A stretch of 32,000 nt of DNA from Microcystis aeruginosa NIES-843 (lineage in GTDB: Bacteria; Cyanobacteriota; Cyanobacteriia; Cyanobacteriales; Microcystaceae): the NCBI RefSeq assembly GCF_000010625.1, contig NC_010296.1, positions 3,210,001-3,242,000 of the forward strand, written 5' to 3'. Both the position numbers and the translations under genes were made by a program. Under the pieces are notes generated by a model. It ran no database searches, had not been told where the DNA came from, and saw nothing but the letters and a program-made list of their open reading frames with translations. Shown piece after piece: positions 1 to 7,785 of this stretch; within the stretch, counting starts at the first letter, position 1, and every line of letters begins with the position of its first letter.

Positions 1-211
1 GACCGATATCCACCTGACAGACACTTAATTTATCCGCATTGGGATGGGGTTGGCGATCGATAATTTTACCAATAACCACACCCTTTGCCCATTCTCGGCG
101 ATCCTCGATCTCTTCCACTTCTATTCCCGCAATTGTCAATAATTCGGCTAATTCTTGGGGAGATTGGGCAATTTTGACTAATTCTCGTAACCAGTTGATC
201 GAAATCCGCAT
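1..211 (-). CDS. pheT: phenylalanine--tRNA ligase beta subunit, N-terminal fragment (continues beyond window start)
   Basis: My own reverse-strand translation from ATG (211-209) gives [70 protein letters not shown]. This is the typical PheT N-terminus followed by the start of the tRNA-binding domain (HPNADKL..C.VD.G). It is absent from the ORF track because the window edge truncates it. Confidence 0.85.
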   Translation of the reverse strand, partial: MRISINWLRELVKIAQSPQELAELLTIAGIEVEEIEDRREWAKGVVIGKIIDRQPHPNADKLSVCQVDIG

Positions 212-436
212 CGTTAATTCTTGCTTGCCGTTGGTTCTTAACTATTGTAAACCGTGGGTAGTCAATGATTTAGAGATTAGGGCCGATCGGCTGTTAAAAT
301 GTTAGGGGGAGGATGGAAGGACTGTGTAAATAACCGCTCATTTTCCTTGGCCAGGGGTGATATTATCTTGGAACATATTACCGATAATTTGGGGAGATAA
401 TCAGTAGTTAGCTATCTATATCAAAAAGGATTATTG

Positions 437-1003
437 ATGCCACCCGATCAAATAGAAAACCTCCTCAAGGGAATTTTGAGACAATACCAAAGTTCTTTTA
501 GTGACAAAATCTATGGAGAAGAAAATGATGATTATGATCCGCTTATGAGGGTATTTGGAATTACTCCTAGTTTAAAAAGGGAAAATCGTCAGTATTGGGG
601 CAGGGAACTAGGAATGTGTTGGCAACGTCTGGTGACAGAAGTTTTTAAGGCTAATTGTTTAGATTATCAACCGGCTTTAAAGATTGCAGATGATCAACCT
701 TGTGACTGCATTTTAGGTAGAGATGCCATTGATACTAAATATAGAATTGGTTCGGGAGATTCTGGCACACTTAAAAAGTTTAAACAGTATGGAAAACTAT
801 TACAGGAAAGAGGACTTAGACCTATTTTACTGATTGTGCGAGAGGATAACTTACCAGCAGCGATTAAAGCTTGTCATCTGGGTGGCTGGACTGTTTTGCA
901 GAGCCAACAAAGTTTTGATTATATACTTGATCGCAGTGGGTTCGATTTGCTGAAAGCTTTTGATAAATTTTCTGAAACACAGGAGTTTTATATTGCCCGA
1001 TGA
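437..1003 (+). CDS. putative type II restriction endonuclease (unrecognised family)
   Basis: ORF of 188-189 aa (TTG at 434, ATG at 437, with AAAGGA 7 nt upstream of the ATG). It overlaps the downstream methyltransferase by 4 nt (ATGA at 1000-1003). It has a candidate PD-(D/E)xK core, ...QPCDCILGRDAIDTKYRIG... The function is inferred from context and this motif only. Confidence 0.5.
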   Translation: MPPDQIENLLKGILRQYQSSFSDKIYGEENDDYDPLMRVFGITPSLKRENRQYWGRELGMCWQRLVTEVFKANCLDYQPALKIADDQPCDCILGRDAIDTKYRIGSGDSGTLKKFKQYGKLLQERGLRPILLIVREDNLPAAIKACHLGGWTVLQSQQSFDYILDRSGFDLLKAFDKFSETQEFYIAR

Positions 1004-1938
1004 ATATCTCAAAAAGATGGCAACTTCTGCACGGTGATTGTAGAGAACTTCTCACTTTACTAGAAGAATCTAGTATATCTTGTGTGATCACAGATCCACC
1101 CTATAATTATGAGTTCATTGGCAGAAATTGGGATCATGATGAAATCCAAAGACGCAGAGAACGCATTCAAAACAGTTCCACACTGGTAAAAAATATTCCC
1201 TATGGAAGTGGGTTAGCTGGTGGGGTTCGCAATGAGCGTTGGTATCAACGCAATCGCGAAAATGTGGTCAATTATATTGAATGGGCAACAGATTGGTCAA
1301 AGGAACTAATGCGTGTTTGTAAAAGCGGGGCTGTTGTCGCTGTTTTTAGTAGCACAAGAACACTAGCTCATATTCAGATTGCTCTTGAAAATGCCGGTTT
1401 TTATGCTAGAGATGTGCTGGTTTATAGACGACATTCAGGCATTCCCAAAGGATTAAATATTGAGAAAAAACTTGACAAAATTGGTGACACTAATGCTCAA
1501 CAATGGCAAGGTTGGCATACTTGCTTGAGAAATGAATGGGAAGCTATAGTTATTGTGCAGAAGCCTCTAAAAAACAATTATATTGAAACTCTACAAATGA
1601 CTGGATTAGGTCCCTTTAAAGCTATACTAAGTGACGGCTCTTTTCAATCCAATATTTTAGAGGGCTTTTCTAAAGGACGGGATGAAAATTTTGATGAGCA
1701 TTGTACGATTAAACCTTTATCATTGATTAGAAAACTGCTCGAGTTATTTCTACCACAGGATAACAGTCATATAGTTCTCGATCCTTTTGCTGGAACGGGT
1801 ACAACTTTAATTGCCGCTCTAGAATTAGGTTATCAGACTATTGGTATTGAAATTGAAGCTCAGTATATTAATATCATTCAACAACGTTTGGGGGAATATT
1901 TTGGCAAGATCGGACAAGAATTTGAGGTATTTGATTAG
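1000..1938 (+). CDS. DNA methyltransferase, beta-class N6-adenine/N4-cytosine (N6_N4_Mtase type)
   Basis: The catalytic motif IV, ITDPPYNY, is near the N-terminus. The AdoMet motif I, VLDPFAGTGTTLIAA, is near the C-terminus, preceded by HCTIKPLSLIRKLL. This motif order (IV...I) is typical of beta-class amino-methyltransferases. Confidence 0.85.
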   Translation: MNISKRWQLLHGDCRELLTLLEESSISCVITDPPYNYEFIGRNWDHDEIQRRRERIQNSSTLVKNIPYGSGLAGGVRNERWYQRNRENVVNYIEWATDWSKELMRVCKSGAVVAVFSSTRTLAHIQIALENAGFYARDVLVYRRHSGIPKGLNIEKKLDKIGDTNAQQWQGWHTCLRNEWEAIVIVQKPLKNNYIETLQMTGLGPFKAILSDGSFQSNILEGFSKGRDENFDEHCTIKPLSLIRKLLELFLPQDNSHIVLDPFAGTGTTLIAALELGYQTIGIEIEAQYINIIQQRLGEYFGKIGQEFEVFD

Positions 1939-2159
1939 TCAATCAAAAAGTTAACAATAACAACCGCTACGGTAGAAAATCGGCTCGGCAATAAATCCCT
2001 CGGAGAATTAAGGAGAGTTAGTCAAGCTTTCGAGCAGAACATCATTCTTAATAACTCTTATCTTAAAGTACACACAGACAGAACACTTCTGGGAAAATTA
2101 TCCCCATCTCTCTAGGAACAAGCTATCATAAAGATTGCCATACCGTTGCGATTCTATCC

Positions 2160-2792
2160 GTGCCTTACTATTCCCAATATCCCGACGCTTTTACTCCCAG
2201 TTATCTGAGCGAACTACAAGGACAGATTCTCGCTTGTCCCCACTTCACAGTTAACAATTTAAATCGAGATTTCGTTAAAACCAAAGGCTTTTCCATCGCT
2301 TTTCGACGCACACAAATCAGCGAAGTTGAACGAATGTTTCCCTATTTTAAACCCTATCTTGATCGCAGTTTACAAGCTGACTGCAACGCTTTTTATCTTA
2401 ACCCCTTACTCCTACAAACCGGTTCACGAGTCGATCCCCATATCGATCGCTCCCTGCGCTCCTATTGTAAAACTATCGATCCCCCGCTCCTAGTTAGCGT
2501 CCTTTATGTGCAGGTTCCTAAAGATATTCAAGGGGGGGAACTGGTACTAGCAACAGGCAATCGTTCCGTGGCCCAGATTCGTCCTTGTGCTAACACCTTG
2601 ATCCTATTTCAAGGAGATCTTACCCATTCAGTTAATCCCGTTAGCTGTTCTGGTATTCGTCTGAGTCTTGTCTGCGAACAATATCGTTTAGATGCCGAAG
2701 AATTGCGAGAGATTCCCGAAATGCAGATAGAATCGCGAACCATAAAACCAGAAAAGAAAAAAAAGAAAGATCGGGTCGTTGCCCTACAATAA
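2160..2792 (+). CDS. 2OG-Fe(II) oxygenase superfamily protein (prolyl-hydroxylase-like)
   Basis: GTG start. It has an HxD...H facial-triad candidate (DPHIDRS ... GDLTHSVNPV) in a beta-strand-rich C-terminal half. The Lys-rich tail KPEKKKKKDR is encoded by an A8 run at 2757-2764. Confidence 0.55.
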   Translation: MPYYSQYPDAFTPSYLSELQGQILACPHFTVNNLNRDFVKTKGFSIAFRRTQISEVERMFPYFKPYLDRSLQADCNAFYLNPLLLQTGSRVDPHIDRSLRSYCKTIDPPLLVSVLYVQVPKDIQGGELVLATGNRSVAQIRPCANTLILFQGDLTHSVNPVSCSGIRLSLVCEQYRLDAEELREIPEMQIESRTIKPEKKKKKDRVVALQ

Positions 2793-2804
2793 AAGGGCAT
2801 TTTT
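2780..2804 (+). terminator. weak intrinsic terminator candidate
   Basis: The stem is TGCCCT (2780-2785) paired with AGGGCA (2794-2799), with an 8-nt loop that contains the stop codon, followed by TTTTT (2800-2804). The stem is short and lies only 16 nt before the next start. Confidence 0.3.
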
Positions 2805-2819
2805 GTAAAGATATTCTAG

Positions 2820-3599
2820 ATGGTGATGCGCGAACCGATCGTCGAATTAAGGGGAGTGACCAAAGCTTTCGGCAAGAAAGTAATCTTAAATAACGTCGAT
2901 CTGAAAGTGTACGAAGGGGAAGCGATCGGCGTGATCGGTCCATCTGGGACGGGAAAATCGACGATTTTACGGTTAGTCGCTGGATTACTGGCCCCCGATC
3001 GAGGAGAAGTGTACATCTACGGCACAAAACGCCAGAGAACCGTAGAACAAGGGGAAGATCCCCTCGGTGTTGGTCTAGTTTTCCAGCAATCGGCCCTTTT
3101 TGACTCCCTCACCGTCGGGGAAAATGTCGGTTTTGCTCTCTATCGCCACTCAAAGCTAAAACGAGCCGAAATTCGCGATTTAGTGGAAGAAAAACTCGAT
3201 TTAGTGGGTATGTCCGGTTCCTACGACCTCTATCCCTCTGAAATATCCGGAGGGATGCGAAAACGCGTCAGTTTAGCCAGAGCAATTATCAGCGATCCCT
3301 CGATCGCAGCCGATCGACCGAACATTCTCCTTTACGATGAACCCACTGCCGGACTCGATCCCGTCGCTTCTACCCGCATCCAGACGGTAATTATGGAACT
3401 TCTCAAAGTAAAAAAAGCCTGTGGGGCCCATCTCATTGTCACCCACGTCCACAGCACCATCGAAAATACCACCGATCGCATCGTTTTTCTCTATAAAGGT
3501 CAATTTCAATGGGTTGGGCCGACTCAAGAGGCTTATCACTCGGAAATCCCCGTACTCAAGCAATTTTTTACCGGCAGTATCGACGGACCAATTCAGTAA
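2820..3599 (+). CDS. ABC transporter ATP-binding protein, MlaF/TGD3-like
   Basis: Walker A is GPSGTGKST, the signature is ISGGMRKRVSLARAI and Walker B is LLYDEPTAGLDP. A C-terminal FFTG motif and the size (259 aa) are typical of Mla/TGD-type ATPases. An MCE-domain gene follows downstream. Confidence 0.85.
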   Translation: MVMREPIVELRGVTKAFGKKVILNNVDLKVYEGEAIGVIGPSGTGKSTILRLVAGLLAPDRGEVYIYGTKRQRTVEQGEDPLGVGLVFQQSALFDSLTVGENVGFALYRHSKLKRAEIRDLVEEKLDLVGMSGSYDLYPSEISGGMRKRVSLARAIISDPSIAADRPNILLYDEPTAGLDPVASTRIQTVIMELLKVKKACGAHLIVTHVHSTIENTTDRIVFLYKGQFQWVGPTQEAYHSEIPVLKQFFTGSIDGPIQ

Positions 3600-3618
3600 A
3601 CTGCCAATTGAGGTCAGT

Positions 3619-3835
3619 GGGGTGATGGGGAAGTGGGGTGATGGGGAAGTGGGGTGTGGGGTGTGGGGTGTGGGGTGTGGGGTGATGGGGAAGTGGGGTG
3701 TGGGGTGTGGGGTGATGGGGAAGTGGGGTGATGGGGAAGTGGGGTGATGGGGAAGTGGGGTGTGGGGTGTGGGGTGTGGGGTGTGGGGTGATGGGGAAGT
3801 GGGGTGTGGGGTGTGGGGTGTGGGGTGTGGGGTGG
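3619..3835 (+). repeat. G-rich tandem array: GGGGTGT (x14) interleaved with GGGGTGATGGGGAAGT (x7)
   Basis: I parsed the units by hand. The order is B B A4 B A2 B3 A4 B A4, then GGGGTGG. By my count there are about 29 GGGG runs, all on the + strand, separated by 3-4 nt. Confidence 0.95.
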
Positions 3836-3887
3836 TCACTGCGTGCGCGTTGCGGGGGGAAGTGGGGAGAATAAATAAAAATAATCT

Positions 3888-4028
3888 CCTGAATCCTGAA
3901 TCCTGAATCCTGAATCCTGAATCCTGACTCCTGAATCCTGACTCCTGAATACTGAATACTGAATACTGAATACTGAATACTGAATACTGAATCCTGACTC
4001 CTGACTCCTGAATACTGACTCCTTGACT
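3888..4028 (+). repeat. heptamer tandem array (CCTGAAT / CCTGACT / ACTGAAT), about 20 units, STRR-like
   Basis: Direct reading shows consecutive 7-nt units from 3888, with a degenerate last unit at 4021-4028. A 26-nt AT-rich core GGGGAGAATAAATAAAAATAATCTCC (3864-3889) precedes the array and recurs at 18744-18768 on the opposite strand. Confidence 0.95.
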
Positions 4029-4106
4029 CTTGCCTTCAGAAACTGATCGCTGAAATCCTCCGATTTCTCCTGTAAGATACTCTGTAGAGATGAGGAGTAA
4101 TTATTT

Positions 4107-5498
4107 ATGGAAGCTGGCGGTTCACAACGGGGGATTTCCCCAACTCTCAGGCAAAGTGGTATCGGTTTAATGTTACTGACATCGGGGGGAATATTAATCT
4201 GGTTTATCGCCTGGTTAAGTAATTTTAGCTTCGGGGGACGCAGTTATCGCGCCAGCTTCCTTTTTCCTAATGTGGGTGGCATGATGGTGGGAACCCGCGT
4301 CGGTTATCGGGGAGTGAGAATCGGGCAAGTGACGGCAATTACCCCAGAACCGGAGGGAGTCGCCGTAGAAGTGGAGATTTCGCCAGCAGATCGCCTAATT
4401 CCCAGTAATTCCCTCATCGAAGCCATTCAATCCGGTTTAGTGGGTGAAACCACGATCGATATTACTCCCCTGCAAGCTTTACCCGTCGGTGGTGTCAAAG
4501 AACCCCCTTTGAGTCCTAACTGCAATGGGGAAGTGATTATCTGTAACGGTTCCCGTTTACAAGGGCAATCGGCGCTAAATGTCAATACCTTGATCAGATC
4601 TTTACTGAGAATTTCTAATCTAGTTAGCGATCCCGATATGGTGGCCGGATTTCGTTCCTTTACCCAACGCGCTGCCAATGCCTTGGGGGGACTCGATCGC
4701 TTTAGTGGTGAGGCAACCACCGCTTTAAGCGAGGTACGTCGCAGCGGTACTCTAGGTAAAGTTAATTCGGGTATGAGATCCCTAGAATCTTTACCGCAAG
4801 TATCCGGTTCCCTCGATCGCCTTTCTAGTGATCTTTCCGGTGTCGGGGGATTGAGTCAGGAAGCGACTACTTTACTGAGAAGTTTACAGGGAAGTGGCGG
4901 CCTGAGAAATTTAGACGCTACCCTAGTAGAGGCCCGAAAAACGCTGCTTTTGGTGGGAGAAACTACCGAAGAACTGCGGGTTTTTTTGGCAGCTAATCAA
5001 AATCGTTTAATTGCCACTCTCGATAGTATCAAAACTACTAGCGATCGCCTACAAACTACCCTCGCTGCTTTGGATCCGATTCTGACGCAAGTGCAGAAAA
5101 GCCAAATTATTGAGAATTTAAACACTATTTCGGCAAATGCTGTTAAATTAAGTGAAAATTTGGGAAATTTTACCGCTTATCTCTCCGATCCTGCCACTGT
5201 TGTCACCCTACAGCAACTCCTCGACTCCTCTCGCGCTGCTTTTGCCAATCTTCAGAAAATCACCTCGGATGTGGATGAAATTACCGGTAATCCGCAACTG
5301 CGACAGGAAATTATCCGTTTAATTCAGGGTTTAAGTCGTTTGGTTTCTTCTAGCGAACAATTACAGCAGGAATTCGCCCAAGGTCAAGCAATGACAAGAA
5401 TGGCCGCCCAAATTGCGACAATAGCCCCAAATCCCGCCCCTAATACCCCAGAAAAAGACCCTAAGAAACCCAGAAAAAGCCCCGAAATAAATGATTAA
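4107..5498 (+). CDS. MCE/MlaD-domain protein (TGD2-like substrate-binding component) with long helical C-terminal extension
   Basis: It has an N-terminal TM segment (GLMLLTSGGILIWFIAWL). An MCE domain follows (YRASFLFPNVGGMMVGTRVGYRGVRIGQVTAI...VEVEI...IEAIQSGLVGETTIDITP). The rest is a long Leu/Ser/Thr-rich helical region. It is a partner of the upstream MlaF-like ATPase. Confidence 0.8.
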   Translation: MEAGGSQRGISPTLRQSGIGLMLLTSGGILIWFIAWLSNFSFGGRSYRASFLFPNVGGMMVGTRVGYRGVRIGQVTAITPEPEGVAVEVEISPADRLIPSNSLIEAIQSGLVGETTIDITPLQALPVGGVKEPPLSPNCNGEVIICNGSRLQGQSALNVNTLIRSLLRISNLVSDPDMVAGFRSFTQRAANALGGLDRFSGEATTALSEVRRSGTLGKVNSGMRSLESLPQVSGSLDRLSSDLSGVGGLSQEATTLLRSLQGSGGLRNLDATLVEARKTLLLVGETTEELRVFLAANQNRLIATLDSIKTTSDRLQTTLAALDPILTQVQKSQIIENLNTISANAVKLSENLGNFTAYLSDPATVVTLQQLLDSSRAAFANLQKITSDVDEITGNPQLRQEIIRLIQGLSRLVSSSEQLQQEFAQGQAMTRMAAQIATIAPNPAPNTPEKDPKKPRKSPEIND

Positions 5499-5525
5499 AT
5501 GTGTTTGAAAAATCACCTTAGTTCC

Positions 5526-5885
5526 TCATAAAGGAATCCAATCTAAGCGATCAATCCATTCTTCAGCTTCTGTTAATTCCCAGATTAAAATCATTGATTC
5601 AGCCCATTGACTAATTGTACCGCTAGGGCGTAACCAAATAATTCCCCAAGTGTGACCTCCCGTGTTCCAATGATCTTTTAAATGATTGGGCATGGTACTT
5701 CTATTGTCAGTGATTAACAGTCTCTGGGATAATTCTAAATATTGCAATAAATTAGGATCAAGTGTCCCTAAAAGAGGTGCATCCGCATCACCAACTCGCA
5801 AAATATCTATAGTAGAATTGATACGTTGAACCGCTATTTTTAGCTTAGGAGATAAATTTTCATCCAGCAAAAACCGAATTTTCAT
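5526..5885 (-). CDS. DUF5615-family PIN-like toxin candidate
   Basis: The N-terminus MKIRFLLDENLSPKL and an internal LLITDNRS motif are typical of DUF5615 (Mut7-C/PIN-like). It overlaps the upstream DUF433 gene by 4 nt. Confidence 0.7.
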   Translation of the reverse strand: MKIRFLLDENLSPKLKIAVQRINSTIDILRVGDADAPLLGTLDPNLLQYLELSQRLLITDNRSTMPNHLKDHWNTGGHTWGIIWLRPSGTISQWAESMILIWELTEAEEWIDRLDWIPL

Positions 5886-6214
5886 GCTTTTTGTAAATAC
5901 TCCTGCTCCTTTTTAATTTTTGCTTTTCTTAAACGATCAATTAAAGGAGATGATGTTTCTAGCCACTGTTGATAATGTTGTTCCCGTTGTCTTTCTAGCT
6001 TGACAAGATAGAGATCGATTTGTGCTTGATTGTGATAATAATAGGTCAAAGTGGCATAAATTTTTTCTAAATTTAGAGTTGGTAATTCTTGGAGAATTTC
6101 TTGAGGACTATAACCTTGTCGATAGTATTTCAGTACGTCCTCAATGCCAATACGATGTCCTTTTAATTGAATATTATCTACTGCTACAAATTCAAAATAA
6201 TCTTCTAACTGCAT
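5882..6214 (-). CDS. DUF433-domain antitoxin candidate
   Basis: The segment GHRIGIEDVLKYYRQGYSPQEILQELPTLNLEKIYATLTYYYHNQAQID matches the DUF433 helix-turn-helix-like pattern. AGGAGG lies upstream of the ATG (CCTCCT at 6229-6234 on the + strand). Confidence 0.75.
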   Translation of the reverse strand: MQLEDYFEFVAVDNIQLKGHRIGIEDVLKYYRQGYSPQEILQELPTLNLEKIYATLTYYYHNQAQIDLYLVKLERQREQHYQQWLETSSPLIDRLRKAKIKKEQEYLQKA

Positions 6215-6360
6215 AGGTTGTTACCTCCTAAAACATCAATACTATCCTAGCATATTATTAAAAATGTGCCGCAAAATTCAAATTATTCACCGATTTTAAG
6301 CCTATCTGAATATTCAATTTAACCCACCTAGTTTAGATGGGTTAAAAAGATAAAAATAGA

Positions 6361-6966
6361 TTAAGATTGACGTTTTAAAGCAGAACTAATTCCTAATACT
6401 CCTAAACTCAATAATCCTAGCACTGATGAAGGTTCGGGGATAGGAGTAGGAGTAGGAGGAGGGGAAAGAGCTATCACCGAGACATTATCCAACGCAGGAC
6501 CAGCAAAGCTATTAGTTAAATCGATAAACTCAAGGGTAGTGGTTGTACTGTTAGCGGTAAAATCCCAAGATTTTGATAGCCATCCCATATTTGAATTGCT
6601 TTTTCCTGTTGTATTAAAAGAAAAATCAGCAGAACTTCCTCCCGCACTCACTCTCATGTCTTTAATAATAGGACTTGCGTTGGGATTACCCGCCAGATCA
6701 AAAGTCACCCGATAAGTCCCACCGACAGTTGTGTTAAAGGTTTGCTTAATTCCACCAGGACTCGCTCCTGCACCTAGGTCCAGACTTCTAGAACCATTAG
6801 AAGCTTGCCATAATGTACCGATATAATCGATTGATCCTTGGCTAACCGTCCATCCTGTAATTACCGTGGAACCAGTATTAATTGTTTGAAAAAGACCAGG
6901 GTTTGCACCGTTCTCAAAACTGCCATTTTGAATCAAATTTGCTGCCTGTACAGGGGTGATGATCAA
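6361..6966 (-). CDS. PEP-CTERM sorting-domain protein with DUF642/choice-of-anchor-C-like domain; 5' end disrupted (see 7022-7029)
   Basis: The mature-looking start is ANLIQNGSFENG...GWTV..GSIDYIG. The C-terminus PIPEPSSVLGLLSLGVLGISSALKRQS is a PEP-CTERM signal. The frame stays open upstream to 7035 and encodes a signal peptide (KHSLLKLSIASSVLGVSALIITPVQA), but it contains no start codon. The nearest ATG (7064-7062) is in another frame. Confidence 0.75.
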   Translation of the reverse strand: MIITPVQAANLIQNGSFENGANPGLFQTINTGSTVITGWTVSQGSIDYIGTLWQASNGSRSLDLGAGASPGGIKQTFNTTVGGTYRVTFDLAGNPNASPIIKDMRVSAGGSSADFSFNTTGKSNSNMGWLSKSWDFTANSTTTTLEFIDLTNSFAGPALDNVSVIALSPPPTPTPIPEPSSVLGLLSLGVLGISSALKRQS

Positions 6967-7021
6967 AGCACTTACCCCAAGGACAGAGGAAGCAATTGAG
7001 AGTTTTAATAAGCTGTGCTTA

Positions 7022-7029
7022 CCCCCCCC
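7022..7029 (-). repeat. homopolymeric G8 tract (C8 on + strand) between an upstream ATG and the signal-peptide coding frame
   Basis: Read directly from the sequence. With 8 G, the ATG-7064 frame stops at TAA (7007-5) after 19 codons. With 9 G it would read MTQRLAKLIDFQGGGKHSLLKLSIASSVLGVSALIITPVQAANL... in frame with the main ORF. Confidence 0.9.
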
Positions 7030-7148
7030 TGAAAATCAATTAGTTTTGCTAATCTTTGAGTCATGACTAAAAACTCGACTGTTACAAGAACGGCCTCATC
7101 ATAGCAGAGAAAAGCTTATAAAATAGATGAAAAAAAGATTAAGTTTTT

Positions 7149-7190
7149 GGCTCTTCTCGACTTTGTGTGACAATTTTTGCTTATATAGTA
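7149..7190. repeat. partial copy of the MITE end seen at 22411-22565
   Basis: GGCTCTTCTCGACTTTGTGTGACAATTTTTGCTTATATAG resembles the reverse complement of 22505-22565 (TATAAGCAAAAATT...ATCACAAAAAGTCGAGAAGAACC). It also resembles the left arm at 22411-22432. Confidence 0.5.
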
Positions 7191-7346
7191 GCGATCGATC
7201 TTTGTGTCCTTTGTGTCTCTGTGGTTCGTTCCACTCACTCGCCCGCAAGAATGTATCTTAGAATACATTTTACCCAATAAACCTGGGATATCCGAGAGAC
7301 TTGTGGCCAGATATAATTAAGGGGTATTTGGGGAAGAAATTGGATT

Positions 7347-7778
7347 ATGGAAGAACTTTTAGAATTAAAAGCTTTGCTCTTAAAAGGTGATATTAAAGGT
7401 TCACTGGCGATTGTAGAAGACCTTGAAGATATGAGCAAAAATGGGATTATTAGCACCATTCGTTGTTATGCTGTTATCTTATTACTTCATTTAATTAAAC
7501 AACAGGCAGAAAACCGAACCACTCGTTCTTGGGATGTCTCCATTCGCAATAGTGTTAGAGAAATTCAACGCCACAATCAACGCCGAAAAGCGGCAGGATA
7601 TTATTTAAGTGATCAGGAATTAACAGACACTTTAAACGATGCTTATCTTAATGCTTTGGATGCCGCTTCTCTAGAAGTCGAAACAGCTTGTTATCAATCG
7701 GAGCAACTAGAAGCTATAATTGACAAAAATAAACTGATTAGCACTGCTTTCCTTTTAATAAAAAACGTCTCTCCCTAG
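7347..7778 (+). CDS. hypothetical helical protein (weak DUF29-like resemblance)
   Basis: 143-aa ORF with an ATG start. The segment LLLHLIKQQAENRTTRSWDVSIRNSVREIQR resembles the central DUF29 helix pattern, but the N-terminus does not. The function is unknown. Confidence 0.45.
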   Translation: MEELLELKALLLKGDIKGSLAIVEDLEDMSKNGIISTIRCYAVILLLHLIKQQAENRTTRSWDVSIRNSVREIQRHNQRRKAAGYYLSDQELTDTLNDAYLNALDAASLEVETACYQSEQLEAIIDKNKLISTAFLLIKNVSP

Positions 7779-7785
7779 AAAGATT

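Noticed and set aside
39-305. 88-aa + strand ORF at the window start
   Set aside because: It lies antisense to a clearly recognisable pheT N-terminus (minus strand, 211-1), and its own sequence is low-complexity with no motif.
3273-3839. 188-aa minus-strand ORF (PHPTPHT... repeats) and the overlapping 108-aa plus-strand ORF (3421-3747)
   Set aside because: The open frames are artefacts of translating stop-free G/C-rich tandem repeats. The remaining parts are antisense to, or out of frame with, the well-supported ABC ATPase gene.
3619-4028. Possible CRISPR array
   Set aside because: The units are 7-16 nt, directly abutting, with no unique spacers. This is simple tandem (STRR-like) repetition, and there are no cas genes.
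6321-6350. Hairpin AACCCA...TGGGTT downstream of the PEP-CTERM gene as an intrinsic terminator
   Set aside because: On the minus (transcribed) strand the stem is not followed by a U-tract; the T-run precedes it. I therefore cannot support a terminator call.
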